This document shows positions 8,366-16,662 of a stretch of 33,624 nt of DNA, piece after piece (position 1 is the stretch's first letter; the number at the start of each line of letters is the position of its first letter). The notes under the pieces were generated by a model. It saw nothing but the letters and a program-made list of their open reading frames with translations, searched no databases and was not told the origin of the DNA. This stretch comes from Candidatus Nealsonbacteria bacterium CG11_big_fil_rev_8_21_14_0_20_37_68 (GTDB lineage Bacteria > Patescibacteriota > Minisyncoccia > Minisyncoccales > GCA-002782225), in contig PCWJ01000024.1 in NCBI GenBank assembly GCA_002787295.1, positions 29,931 through 63,554 of the forward strand, written 5' to 3'. The position numbers and the translations under genes are program-made.

Positions 8366-9676
8366 ATGAAAAAACCCAAACTTCGGAGTCCTAGCGGAAT
8401 GCATGACATTTTACCAGAAGATCAGCCCCATTTTCAAAAAATTGAAAAGACCTGTGAAAGCATTGCCGGTTTTTATAATTTTCAAAAAATTGAAACTCCG
8501 ATTTTAGAAGAGGCAGAGCTTTTTTCAAAAGGAGTCGGGGTTTCTACCGATATTGTTGAAAAACAAATGTATACTTTTAGGACTAAGGGAGGAGATTTTT
8601 TGGCCTTAAGACCTGAGGGGACTGCCCCGGTAGTTAGGGCTTATCTTGAACATGGGATGTATAACCTTCCCCAGCCAGTAAAACTATGGTACTTTGGCCC
8701 CTTTTTTCGATACGAACGACCTCAGGCGGGCCGTTTTCGCCAGTTTTGGCAATTTGGATTTGAGATTTTTGGAGAACAGTCTTCGGTTATTGACATTCAA
8801 ATCATTCAAATTTTTTATAATATCTTAAAGGAGTTAAAATTTAAAGATCTAATAATTGAAATAAACAGCATCGGAGACAGACAATGCCGAGCTTACTATA
8901 AAAAATTATTAGTTAGCTATTTTAGATCCAGAGAGAGTTCTCTTTGTTTGGATTGCAGGAGAAGACTTAGAGAAAACCCTTTAAGAATTTTAGATTGCAA
9001 GGAGGAGAAATGCCGGAGGATTATTAGCCAAGCTCCCCAAATCATTGATCATCTTTGCGAAGAATGCAATTCTCACTTTAAGGAGGTGTTAGAATTTTTA
9101 GATGAGTTAGAACTGCCCTATCGTTTGAATCCTTATTTGGTGAGAGGGTTAGATTATTATACCAAGACTGTTTTTGAGATTTTTGACCAATCTTTAGCCT
9201 TGCAGTCTCCGGAAGAAAAAGAGCAGGGGCAAATTTCTCCTGCTTTGGTGGGCGGAGGAAGGTTTGATCTTTTGGTAAAGCTTCTGGGCGGTAGAGACAC
9301 CCCGGCTTGCGGAGGAGCTGGGGGAGTAGATAGGATAGTTCAGTCAATGAAAGCCAGGTCAATAAAATTTACAGCCAAGGTTCCCACTCATCTAATTTTT
9401 TTAGCTCAGCTGGGAGCGCTATCCAAAAAAAAGAGTCTCACTCTTTTTGAAAAATTTAGAAAAGCCGGTCTTCCGATAGCCGAAAGTTTTGGTAAAGACT
9501 CTTTAAAAACCCAACTTGGCCGGGCAGATAAAATCGGAGTAAGGTATTGTCTTATTCTAGGCCAAAGAGAGGCCCTGGAAGGGACGGTAATAGTTAGAGA
9601 TATGAAAACCGGGAAGCAGGAAACGGTGAAAATAGAAAAGATAGTGGAAGAAATGAAAAAGCGATTCAGAAAGTGA
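8366..9676 (+). CDS. hisS: Histidine--tRNA ligase
   Basis: LRPEGTA, FRYERPQAGRFRQF, LVRGLDYYT, GGGRFD, C-terminal anticodon-binding domain. Confidence 0.98.
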   Translation: MKKPKLRSPSGMHDILPEDQPHFQKIEKTCESIAGFYNFQKIETPILEEAELFSKGVGVSTDIVEKQMYTFRTKGGDFLALRPEGTAPVVRAYLEHGMYNLPQPVKLWYFGPFFRYERPQAGRFRQFWQFGFEIFGEQSSVIDIQIIQIFYNILKELKFKDLIIEINSIGDRQCRAYYKKLLVSYFRSRESSLCLDCRRRLRENPLRILDCKEEKCRRIISQAPQIIDHLCEECNSHFKEVLEFLDELELPYRLNPYLVRGLDYYTKTVFEIFDQSLALQSPEEKEQGQISPALVGGGRFDLLVKLLGGRDTPACGGAGGVDRIVQSMKARSIKFTAKVPTHLIFLAQLGALSKKKSLTLFEKFRKAGLPIAESFGKDSLKTQLGRADKIGVRYCLILGQREALEGTVIVRDMKTGKQETVKIEKIVEEMKKRFRK

Positions 9677-9713
9677 GATTGTTGGATTGTTAGATCGCTC
9701 AATTCTTTCGCTT

Positions 9714-9775
9714 TGTTAGAATGAACATTCTAACACTCCAACATTCTAACCCTCCAACATTCTAACCCTCGAACA
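9714..9775. repeat. 16-bp tandem repeat x3 (two 8-mers) with an inverted partial copy upstream
   Basis: AACATTCTAAC(A/C)CTC(C/G) at 9724, 9740, 9756; TGTTAGAATG (9714-9723) is the reverse complement of CATTCTAACA. Confidence 0.85.
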
Positions 9776-10134
9776 TGCAAGATTGTCTTTTTTGTAAAAT
9801 TATTAATAAAGAGGTGCCGGTAGAAATTGTTTACGAAAACAATAAAGTTGTTGCTTTCAAAGATATTCATCCTAAGGCCCCCATTCATCTTTTAATTGTT
9901 CCCCAAAAACATATTCCTTCCGTTGATCATCTAGAAATCCAAGATAAAGAATTAATTGGAGAATTATTTTTAACTGCTCAAAAAATAGCCAGAGAACAAA
10001 GGATTGCTCAAACGGGTTATAAATTAGTGTTTAATGTCGGAAGAGGTGGGGGACAGGTAATAGATCACTTGCATCTACATTTATTGGGAGGATGGAAGAG
10101 TGAAAAAGAAAGGGATATTCCCGGAATGCCTTAA
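9775..10134 (+). CDS. HIT family (histidine triad) nucleotide-binding protein
   Basis: DCLFCKI, GQVIDHLHLHLLGG. Confidence 0.96.
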   Translation: MQDCLFCKIINKEVPVEIVYENNKVVAFKDIHPKAPIHLLIVPQKHIPSVDHLEIQDKELIGELFLTAQKIAREQRIAQTGYKLVFNVGRGGGQVIDHLHLHLLGGWKSEKERDIPGMP

Positions 10135-10159
10135 AATAATAATTAACATCCCATATCGG

Positions 10160-10350
10160 AGAGGGGTCGGGACGGGTCGCAAGAGTTCTCCGCGAAGCGG
10201 AAACTCCCGACCTAGAACCTTTCGGTTCTCCCGTGTAGGAAAACAGGGAGCGAAGCGACCGCCAGAAACCGAGGGTTTCTGGAGAGCGAGCCCGAACCGA
10301 GCACATAAGTTATGTGCTCGGGCCAGCCGAAGGCTGGGGAGGGCGAGCGA
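10160..10350. repeat. GC-rich cluster of hairpins (REP/BIME-like or ncRNA)
   Basis: Hairpins at 10183-10206, 10246-10260, 10262-10282, 10297-10321, 10323-10337; shares motifs with 22883-22952. Confidence 0.75.
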
Positions 10351-10369
10351 TTAATTTAGCGTTACCACT

Positions 10370-10582
10370 ATGGCCATTGAAGTAAGAAAACAACTAAAAG
10401 AATCTTCTCAAGGTTTGATTCACCGCTTTTCACAAAGAGTTCAGCAAAGCGGAGTTTTGATTCGGGCCAGAGGAAATAGATTTAAAATCAAGCCAAAATC
10501 AAGACAAATGAAGAGGAAAGCTGCCTTAAGAAGAGAGAAATTAAGAAAGGAATACGAAAAACTTAAGAAACTTTCAAGATAG
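10370..10582 (+). CDS. rpsU: Ribosomal protein bS21-like
   Basis: 70 aa basic protein, IEVRK..ES..GLIHRF...VQQSGVL..AR..RF..KP; followed by yqeY as in the usual HIT-rpsU-yqeY order. Confidence 0.75.
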   Translation: MAIEVRKQLKESSQGLIHRFSQRVQQSGVLIRARGNRFKIKPKSRQMKRKAALRREKLRKEYEKLKKLSR

Positions 10583-10594
10583 TCTTGAATTAAA

Positions 10595-11098
10595 ATGCTA
10601 AAGAAAAAAATTCACAAAGATCTTAAAAGTGCCTTAATCGGGGGCAGAGAAATTGAGACCTCTACTTTACGAATGCTTTTGGCCGCCATTTTAAATAAAG
10701 AAAAAGAAAAGAGATACAAATTAAGCAAACAAAAGCCCGAGTTTGAAGAAAAAGATTTAGAAAAAGAAAGTCAATTAGGGGATGAAGAAGTAATTGAGGT
10801 AATATCTTCCGAAATTAAAAAAAGAAAAGAGTCAATTTTAGAGTTTGAGAGAGGGAAAAGGCAAGATTTGGTGGAAAAAGAAACAAAAGAAAAAGAAATT
10901 TTAGAAAAATATTTGCCGGAGCAATTACCCGAAAAAGAGGTTAAAAAGCTGGTTAAAGAAGCAATTGAAAAAACCGGAGCCAAGGAAATAAAAGATATGG
11001 GTAGAGTAATGGGGGAACTTATACCAAAAACAAAAGGCAAGGCTGACGGCAGTTTGGTTTCAAAAATTGTTAAAGAATTATTAAGTCCAAAAAATTAA
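10595..11098 (+). CDS. GatB/YqeY domain protein
   Basis: LRMLLAAI.NKE, KKRKESI..F..G.R.DL, YLPEQL, KDMGRVMG, GKADG. Confidence 0.95.
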   Translation: MLKKKIHKDLKSALIGGREIETSTLRMLLAAILNKEKEKRYKLSKQKPEFEEKDLEKESQLGDEEVIEVISSEIKKRKESILEFERGKRQDLVEKETKEKEILEKYLPEQLPEKEVKKLVKEAIEKTGAKEIKDMGRVMGELIPKTKGKADGSLVSKIVKELLSPKN

Positions 11099-11106
11099 AA
11101 TTTTTT

Positions 11107-11409
11107 GTGAATCAATCTTTTTCTAAAATTTGGATTATAGTTGTTCTTATTGTTTTAATTACCGGAGGAATTTTAGCTTGGAAACCCCCAATTTTAAAAG
11201 AAGTAATCACCGATTGTGTATTATCTTTGTGTGATTGCAAATGCCATCCAGAAGGTAAAACACCCGAGAAATTAAGAGGGGTGCTTTGCGGCGTTAATTG
11301 CGAAGGTATTTATGGAATCGAAGATTGTAAATTAAAAAGTGTATTTGGAATAAATTTTTGTGTTATAGAAAACTTATATTTCGGTTTTTTTAAGCAAAAA
11401 AGATTATGA
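11107..11409 (+). CDS. Small membrane-anchored/secreted Cys-rich hypothetical protein
   Basis: GTG start, hydrophobic N-terminus, 8 Cys; fills the gap in an operon and overlaps the ybeY start by 4 nt. Confidence 0.7.
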   Translation: MNQSFSKIWIIVVLIVLITGGILAWKPPILKEVITDCVLSLCDCKCHPEGKTPEKLRGVLCGVNCEGIYGIEDCKLKSVFGINFCVIENLYFGFFKQKRL

Positions 11410-11840
11410 TCGAGATTAATAATCTGACGACAAATCTGGTTGATGAGAAATTTTTGAAAAAGGTTGCTGGAAAAGTTTTAGAAGAAGAATCCGCCAGCTG
11501 GCGGAAAAAAGAGGCAGAGCTATCAATTGCTTTGGTTGGACAAGGAAGGATAAGGGAGTTAAATAAGAGATATAGGGGTAAAAATCGAGCAACCGATGTT
11601 TTGGTTTTTCCGGAACTAAAAGTAGTAAAAGCCCAAGAAGTTCAGGGTTTAGGAGAAATAATAATTTGTTTTAGAGAGGTCAAAAAAAATGCCAAAAAAT
11701 ATAAATCAAGTTTTGAAAAAGAATTAGCTCGAGTTTTGATTCACGGCATTTTACATCTATTAGGATACGACCACGAAAAGTCAAAAGCTACAGCCCTTAA
11801 AATGGAAGAAAAACAAAACTATTATCTTTCAAAAATTTAA
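11406..11840 (+). CDS. ybeY: rRNA maturation RNase YbeY
   Basis: LNKRYRGKNRATDVL.F, LGEIII, HGILHLLGYDH. Confidence 0.97.
   Translation: MIEINNLTTNLVDEKFLKKVAGKVLEEESASWRKKEAELSIALVGQGRIRELNKRYRGKNRATDVLVFPELKVVKAQEVQGLGEIIICFREVKKNAKKYKSSFEKELARVLIHGILHLLGYDHEKSKATALKMEEKQNYYLSKI
11490..11505. repeat. In-frame perfect palindrome in ybeY
   Basis: TCCGCCAGCTGGCGGA (SASWR); near-identical to TCCGCCAGTCGGCGGA at 11858-11873. Confidence 0.8.
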
Positions 11841-11841
11841 A

Positions 11842-11923
11842 TAAGAACCTGCCTCGCTCCGCCAGTCGGCGGAGCTCGGCAGAACCTTGATTCGCTAAGG
11901 TATAGACATATAATCTTGAATTA
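11842..11923 (+). repeat. Hairpin + promoter cassette, copy 1 (upstream of ftsA)
   Basis: TAAGAACCTGCCTCGCTC...GGCAGAAC-CTTGATTCGCTAAGGTATAGACATATAATCTTGAATTA; repeated at 14252-14456. Confidence 0.9.
11887..11914 (+). promoter_or_regulatory. Putative sigma70 promoter of ftsA-ftsZ
   Basis: TTGATT-16-TATAAT, 8 nt before ATG. Confidence 0.6.
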
Positions 11924-13188
11924 TGCCCAAAAGCCACATCGTTACTGGGTTAGATATTGGCACCAGTGCAATTAAAGCCCTGACTGTTTTAAAAAAGAAA
12001 GGAAGCCAAGACCTCGAAGTTTTAAGTAAAGTTTTAAAACCCAATTCCGGAATGAGAAGAGGAGTGATAGTTAAACCGGAAGAGGTTTCACGGAACATAG
12101 CTTCAGTTTTGGATCAAATTCGAACCGAATCCGGGCAAAAAATTGACGGGGTTTATGTAAACATTGGAGGGAGCCATATTTTTTTAACTTCCTCCCGGGG
12201 TTCAGTCGTGGTTTCAAGAGCCGATCAAAGCATTTCCCGAGAAGACATAGAAAGAGCGATTCAGGCTGCTAAAACTTTTTCTTTGCCCCCAAACAGAGAG
12301 ATTATTGATTTCTTTCCAAAACAATTCATCATCGATAAAGAACCCGGGATTAAAGAACCCTTAGGAATGCGGGGGGTGAGACTGGAAGTTGAAATTTTGG
12401 CCATGGGAGCTTTTTCTCCTTATTTTAAAAATTTAACTACGGCAGTATTAAGCGCCGGAACCCAGATTTTAGATATAATCTGTTCTTCAATTTCTTCAGC
12501 AAAAGCCTGTCTGACTCCTCAGCAAAAAGAATTAGGAGTAGTGCTTCTGGATATTGGAGCCGGAACCACGGATTTGGCAATATATGAAGAAGGAGCTTTA
12601 ATCCATCTGGCAGTAATTCCCATAGGTTCTGGACATATCACCAATGACATTGCCATTGGTATTAGGACAGATATGGCGACAGCCGAGAGAATAAAAAAGG
12701 AATTCGTTCACTATCTTAAGGGAAACATTTTAAAAACCAAAAAAAAGGAGAAAATTGGGTCTTCCTTAAATCCTTTAACTTTTTCTCCCAAACTTTTGCG
12801 AAAAATCATTGAAGCAAGGGTTTGTGAGATTTTTGATTTAGTCCAAAAAGAGATCAAAAAAGTTTCTTCGGTGTTATTGCCTGCCGGAATAGTAATTACC
12901 GGAGGAGGAGCAAAATTACCCAATATTGTAGAGCTAGCCAAAAAAGAATTAAAACTTCCCTGTCGAATCGGAACTCCAATCTTCCACCAAATTTTGGCAG
13001 GAAAAGAGGATTCCGGTTTTTCACCGGAACCGGCGGAGGAAGGGGAAGACCCCGTCTTTAGCACGGCTTGGGGTCTGGTTTTATCTGCAATTGAGCAAAT
13101 TGAGCAAGAGCCAGAAAAAGGTTTCCCCGATTTTAGGAAAAGGGTTATAAATAGAATAAAAAGAACGTTGGGGGTATTTATCCCCTAA
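11923..13188 (+). CDS. ftsA: Cell division protein FtsA
   Basis: GLDIGTSAIK, SGMRRGVI, LDIGAGTT, ITNDIA, ITGGGAKL, C-terminal amphipathic helix. Confidence 0.97.
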   Translation: MPKSHIVTGLDIGTSAIKALTVLKKKGSQDLEVLSKVLKPNSGMRRGVIVKPEEVSRNIASVLDQIRTESGQKIDGVYVNIGGSHIFLTSSRGSVVVSRADQSISREDIERAIQAAKTFSLPPNREIIDFFPKQFIIDKEPGIKEPLGMRGVRLEVEILAMGAFSPYFKNLTTAVLSAGTQILDIICSSISSAKACLTPQQKELGVVLLDIGAGTTDLAIYEEGALIHLAVIPIGSGHITNDIAIGIRTDMATAERIKKEFVHYLKGNILKTKKKEKIGSSLNPLTFSPKLLRKIIEARVCEIFDLVQKEIKKVSSVLLPAGIVITGGGAKLPNIVELAKKELKLPCRIGTPIFHQILAGKEDSGFSPEPAEEGEDPVFSTAWGLVLSAIEQIEQEPEKGFPDFRKRVINRIKRTLGVFIP

Positions 13189-13225
13189 ACCTGCCTAAGT
13201 TTTTCTTTGCAAAATTTAGGTAGGT
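13189..13225. repeat. Intergenic palindrome between ftsA and ftsZ
   Basis: ACCTGCCTAAGTTTT...AAAATTTAGGTAGGT; resembles the in-frame element at 27577-27613. Confidence 0.75.
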
Positions 13226-13231
13226 AAACAT

Positions 13232-14164
13232 ATGACTAAAATTAAAGTAATTGGCGTTGGCGGATCGGGATCTAATACCGTTTCAAGGATGACTTCTTGT
13301 AAAATCCAGGGGGTAGATTTAATTGCGGTCAATACCGATCTCCAAGATCTTAAAAAAACTAAGGCGAATTTAAAAATTCAAATCGGAAAAAACTTAACCA
13401 AAGGATTGGGAGCGGGGATGAATCCCGAAATAGGTAAAAAAGCGGTTGAAGAACAAAGCAAAAATATTGAGGAGGTTTTAAGGGGAACAGATATGGTTTT
13501 TATTACCGGAGGTTTTGGAGGAGGAACCTGTACCGGTGCTGCTCCGGTTATAGCCGAAATTGCTAAATCCCTTGGGGTTTTAACTGTTGCCATAGTAACT
13601 AAACCTTTTGGTTTTGAGGGAGTTCCCCGAATGAAAATTGCCAAGGAGGGATTGGAAAACCTAAAAAGCAAAGTTGATACGCTGGTAGTGATACCCAACG
13701 ACAAACTTCTCTCTTTGGTTGATGAAAACACTACTTTGCTTTCAGCTTTTTGGTTAGCAGATGATGTTTTAAGACAGGCAGTGCAAGGGATCTCTGATTT
13801 AATCTTAGTTCCGGGAATTATTAATATTGATTTTGCCGATGTTAAAACCATTTTGGAAAATTCGGGTCGGGCAACTTTCGGTTACGGAAAGGCAAAGGGG
13901 TCAAAAAGAATGGCAGAAGCCGTAAATTTAGCCATCAATTCTCCTTTGGTTGATTTTTCCATCCGAGGGGCTAAAGGAGTTTTGTTTAATGTTTACGGCG
14001 GGGACGATTTGAGTTTGACCGAAATTGACGAGGCAGCAAAAATTATTACCAAAAACATTGAGCCTCAAGCCAAAGTAATTTTTGGGGCAGTTAAAGATTC
14101 GAAACTAAAAAAAGGAGAAGTAAAAATAATGGTAATTGCTACTGGATTTTTAACTTCCACCTAA
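13232..14164 (+). CDS. ftsZ: Cell division protein FtsZ (divergent, no C-terminal tail)
   Basis: IKVIGVGG, NTD, GLGAG.NPE.G, GGGTCTG, PFGFEG, INIDFADV, VIATGF. Confidence 0.93.
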   Translation: MTKIKVIGVGGSGSNTVSRMTSCKIQGVDLIAVNTDLQDLKKTKANLKIQIGKNLTKGLGAGMNPEIGKKAVEEQSKNIEEVLRGTDMVFITGGFGGGTCTGAAPVIAEIAKSLGVLTVAIVTKPFGFEGVPRMKIAKEGLENLKSKVDTLVVIPNDKLLSLVDENTTLLSAFWLADDVLRQAVQGISDLILVPGIINIDFADVKTILENSGRATFGYGKAKGSKRMAEAVNLAINSPLVDFSIRGAKGVLFNVYGGDDLSLTEIDEAAKIITKNIEPQAKVIFGAVKDSKLKKGEVKIMVIATGFLTST

Positions 14165-14251
14165 TTAAATTTCTACCGGTTGAGTCAAGTCATTTTAATC
14201 CTTATTTATTTTTTGCGGAATTGATTAGATTTAATTCCTTTTTTATTGAAG

Positions 14252-14456
14252 TAAGAACCTGCCTCGCTCAGCTCCGGCAGAACTCCCGCACCAGAGCAAA
14301 GCCCAGCACTAGAGCAGAGCTCAGTGCTGGACAGTCCCGAAGTGAGCTTCGCTCTACTTCGGGGCACGGTGCGGGACTAATCCCGAACCGTGTCGCCGAA
14401 GGCGACTCTGGTTCGGGGCTTGATTCGCTAATGTATAAACATGTAATCTTGAATTA
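14252..14456 (+). repeat. Hairpin + promoter cassette, copy 2, with a 135-bp nested palindromic insertion (14284-14418)
   Basis: Flanks match 11842-11923. The insert has an outer stem TCCCGCACC/GGTGCGGGA enclosing two hairpins, followed by a further hairpin at 14382-14417. Confidence 0.9.
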
Positions 14457-14535
14457 AGTCTCCAATCAGAAAGTTTTAGGAAATTTTTTTAGATGTAGTA
14501 TTTGACTGGGGATTTTCTAAGGGTAAAATAAAATA

Positions 14536-16662
14536 ATGACCGAAAACAAAATCAAAAAAATCAAAAAAAGAGATGGGAGAATTGTTGATTTCGACCAGAG
14601 CAAAATTACTAATGCTATTTTTAAAGCCATCACTGCTACCGGTCAGGGGAACGGAAAGAGGGCAAAAAAACTTTCCGATAAAGTAGTCCAGATTTTAAAC
14701 CGTCGCTTTAAAAAAGATGAAATTCCTCAGGTGGAACAAACTCAGGACATTGTTGAAGAAGTTTTAATTTTAGCGGGCCTGGTTGAAACTGCCAGGGCCT
14801 ATATTTTATACAGGGAACAAAGAAGAAAAATAAGAGAGGCAGTGAAGGTAGCCGAGGAAGCGGTGGACCGAATTGATCAATATTTAGAAAAATTAGATTG
14901 GGAGGTTCAAGAAAATGCCAATATGGCCTTTTCTTTGCAAGGATTAAATCATTACGGAGTTTCTTATATTGTAAAAAAATACTGGCTAAACAAAATTTAT
15001 CCAAAAGAAATCAGAGAAGCAAATGAATCCGGAGATTTTCATCTTCATAACCTGGACACCCTTGGCGTCTACTGCGCAGGGTGGGATTTATACGACCTTT
15101 TATTAAAAGGTTTTGGCGGAGTTCCTGGAAAAGTGGCCACTGTGCCAGCTAAACACCTGAGAAGCGCCTTAGGACAGGCAATTAATTTTATATACACAAT
15201 TCAAGGAGAGGTGGCAGGTGCGGTCGCTTTTTCAAATTTTGATACATTATTGGCTCCTTTTATCCGCTATGACAATCTGAATTATCAGCAGATAAAACAA
15301 GCACTTCAGGAGTTTATGTTTAATATGTCGGTGCCAACTCGGGTAGGCTTCCAAAATCCATTTTCGAATATTACTTTAGACTTAAGACCCTCGCCGACTT
15401 TTGCTAAACAGCCGGTGATTATTGGTGGTAAACCCCAAAAGGAAACGTATGAAGAATTTCAAGAAGAAATGAAAATATTTGATAAAGCCCTTTATGAAGT
15501 GATGCTGGAAGGTGACAAGAATCAACGCGTCTTTTCTTTTCCTATTCCTACTATTAATATTACTAAGGATTTCCCCTGGGATGAAAGTGCTTTTGATGGT
15601 ATTTTCGAAGCTTCGGCAAAATATGGAACCAATTATTTTGCCAATTACATTAATTCGGAAATGAAGCCCGAGGATGTTCGTTCAATGTGCTGCCGGCTCA
15701 GATTAAATCTTACAGAACTTTACAATCGAGGTGGGGGAGGATTATTTGGCTCGGGAGCTTTAACTGGTTCGGTGGGTGTGGTTACAATTGACCTTCCCCG
15801 CATTGGTTATCTAGCAAAAACTAAAAAAGAATTTTTTGAGAGATTAGGAAAAATGATGGATTTGGCAAAAGAGAGTTTAGAAATAAAAAGAAAAACAATC
15901 GAGAACTTTATTGAAAAAGGTTTGTATCCTTATTCCAGATTCTATTTATCAGGGGTAAAGAAAATGAGGGGGCAATATTATGCTAATCATTTTTCAACGA
16001 TTGGTTTGGTTGGATTGAATGAAGCCCTTTTGAATTTCATTGGAGAAAATATTGGTTCAAAAAGAGGGAGAAGATTTGCTTTGGAAGTTTTAGATTTCAT
16101 GAGAGAGAGATTGGTTAAATATCAAAAAGAAACCGGTAGCATCTATAATTTGGAACAAACTCCGGCAGAGAGTACAAGCTATCGCCTGGCTTTAAAAGAC
16201 AAGGAAAGATTTCCAGATATAATTACTGCCGGAACAAAAAAAGTGCCATATTACACAAATTCAAGTCAATTACCTGTCAACTACACCGATGATATTTTCG
16301 AAGCCTTAAAGCTTCAAGACGAATTAACCTGTAAATATACTGGAGGTAGTGTTTTCCATATATTTTTGGGCGAAAGAATCTCTGACATTCAAACGGTGAA
16401 AAAATTAATTAAGAAAATTTTTGAGAATTTCAAGCTGCCGTATATCACTTTAACTCCGACTTTCTCAATTTGTCCCAGTCATGGCTATCTAGAAGGAGAA
16501 CACTTTTTCTGTCCAAAATGCACAATTAAACAACCTTGCGAGGTTTATTCAAGGGTTGTCGGGTACATTCGATTAGTGTCTCAATGGAATAGCGGAAAAG
16601 TTCAAGAATTCCACGAAAGAAAAGAATTTAAAATTAGAAAAACAGAATTAGCTAAAACTTAA
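14536..16662 (+). CDS. nrdD: Anaerobic (class III) ribonucleoside-triphosphate reductase with N-terminal ATP cone
   Basis: KKRDGRIVDFD ATP cone, RSMCCRL, TPAESTSYR, CPSHGY..CPKC, YSRVVGYIR glycyl-radical motif. Confidence 0.97.
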   Translation: MTENKIKKIKKRDGRIVDFDQSKITNAIFKAITATGQGNGKRAKKLSDKVVQILNRRFKKDEIPQVEQTQDIVEEVLILAGLVETARAYILYREQRRKIREAVKVAEEAVDRIDQYLEKLDWEVQENANMAFSLQGLNHYGVSYIVKKYWLNKIYPKEIREANESGDFHLHNLDTLGVYCAGWDLYDLLLKGFGGVPGKVATVPAKHLRSALGQAINFIYTIQGEVAGAVAFSNFDTLLAPFIRYDNLNYQQIKQALQEFMFNMSVPTRVGFQNPFSNITLDLRPSPTFAKQPVIIGGKPQKETYEEFQEEMKIFDKALYEVMLEGDKNQRVFSFPIPTINITKDFPWDESAFDGIFEASAKYGTNYFANYINSEMKPEDVRSMCCRLRLNLTELYNRGGGGLFGSGALTGSVGVVTIDLPRIGYLAKTKKEFFERLGKMMDLAKESLEIKRKTIENFIEKGLYPYSRFYLSGVKKMRGQYYANHFSTIGLVGLNEALLNFIGENIGSKRGRRFALEVLDFMRERLVKYQKETGSIYNLEQTPAESTSYRLALKDKERFPDIITAGTKKVPYYTNSSQLPVNYTDDIFEALKLQDELTCKYTGGSVFHIFLGERISDIQTVKKLIKKIFENFKLPYITLTPTFSICPSHGYLEGEHFFCPKCTIKQPCEVYSRVVGYIRLVSQWNSGKVQEFHERKEFKIRKTELAKT

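Noticed and set aside
9724..9775. Possible CRISPR array
   Set aside because: Units are contiguous 16-mers with no spacers; no cas genes in the window.
10031..10354. ORFs of 91 aa (-) and 84 aa (+)
   Set aside because: They span a GC-rich hairpin cluster, overlap HIT and have no recognisable protein features.
14221..14457. 78-aa ORF similar to the HtrA N-terminus
   Set aside because: The similarity comes from the shared DNA repeat; TTG start and no other support as a gene.
14486..14501. Possible NrdR box upstream of nrdD (TTTTTAGATGTAGTAT)
   Set aside because: Only about half matches the palindromic consensus and no second box is evident.
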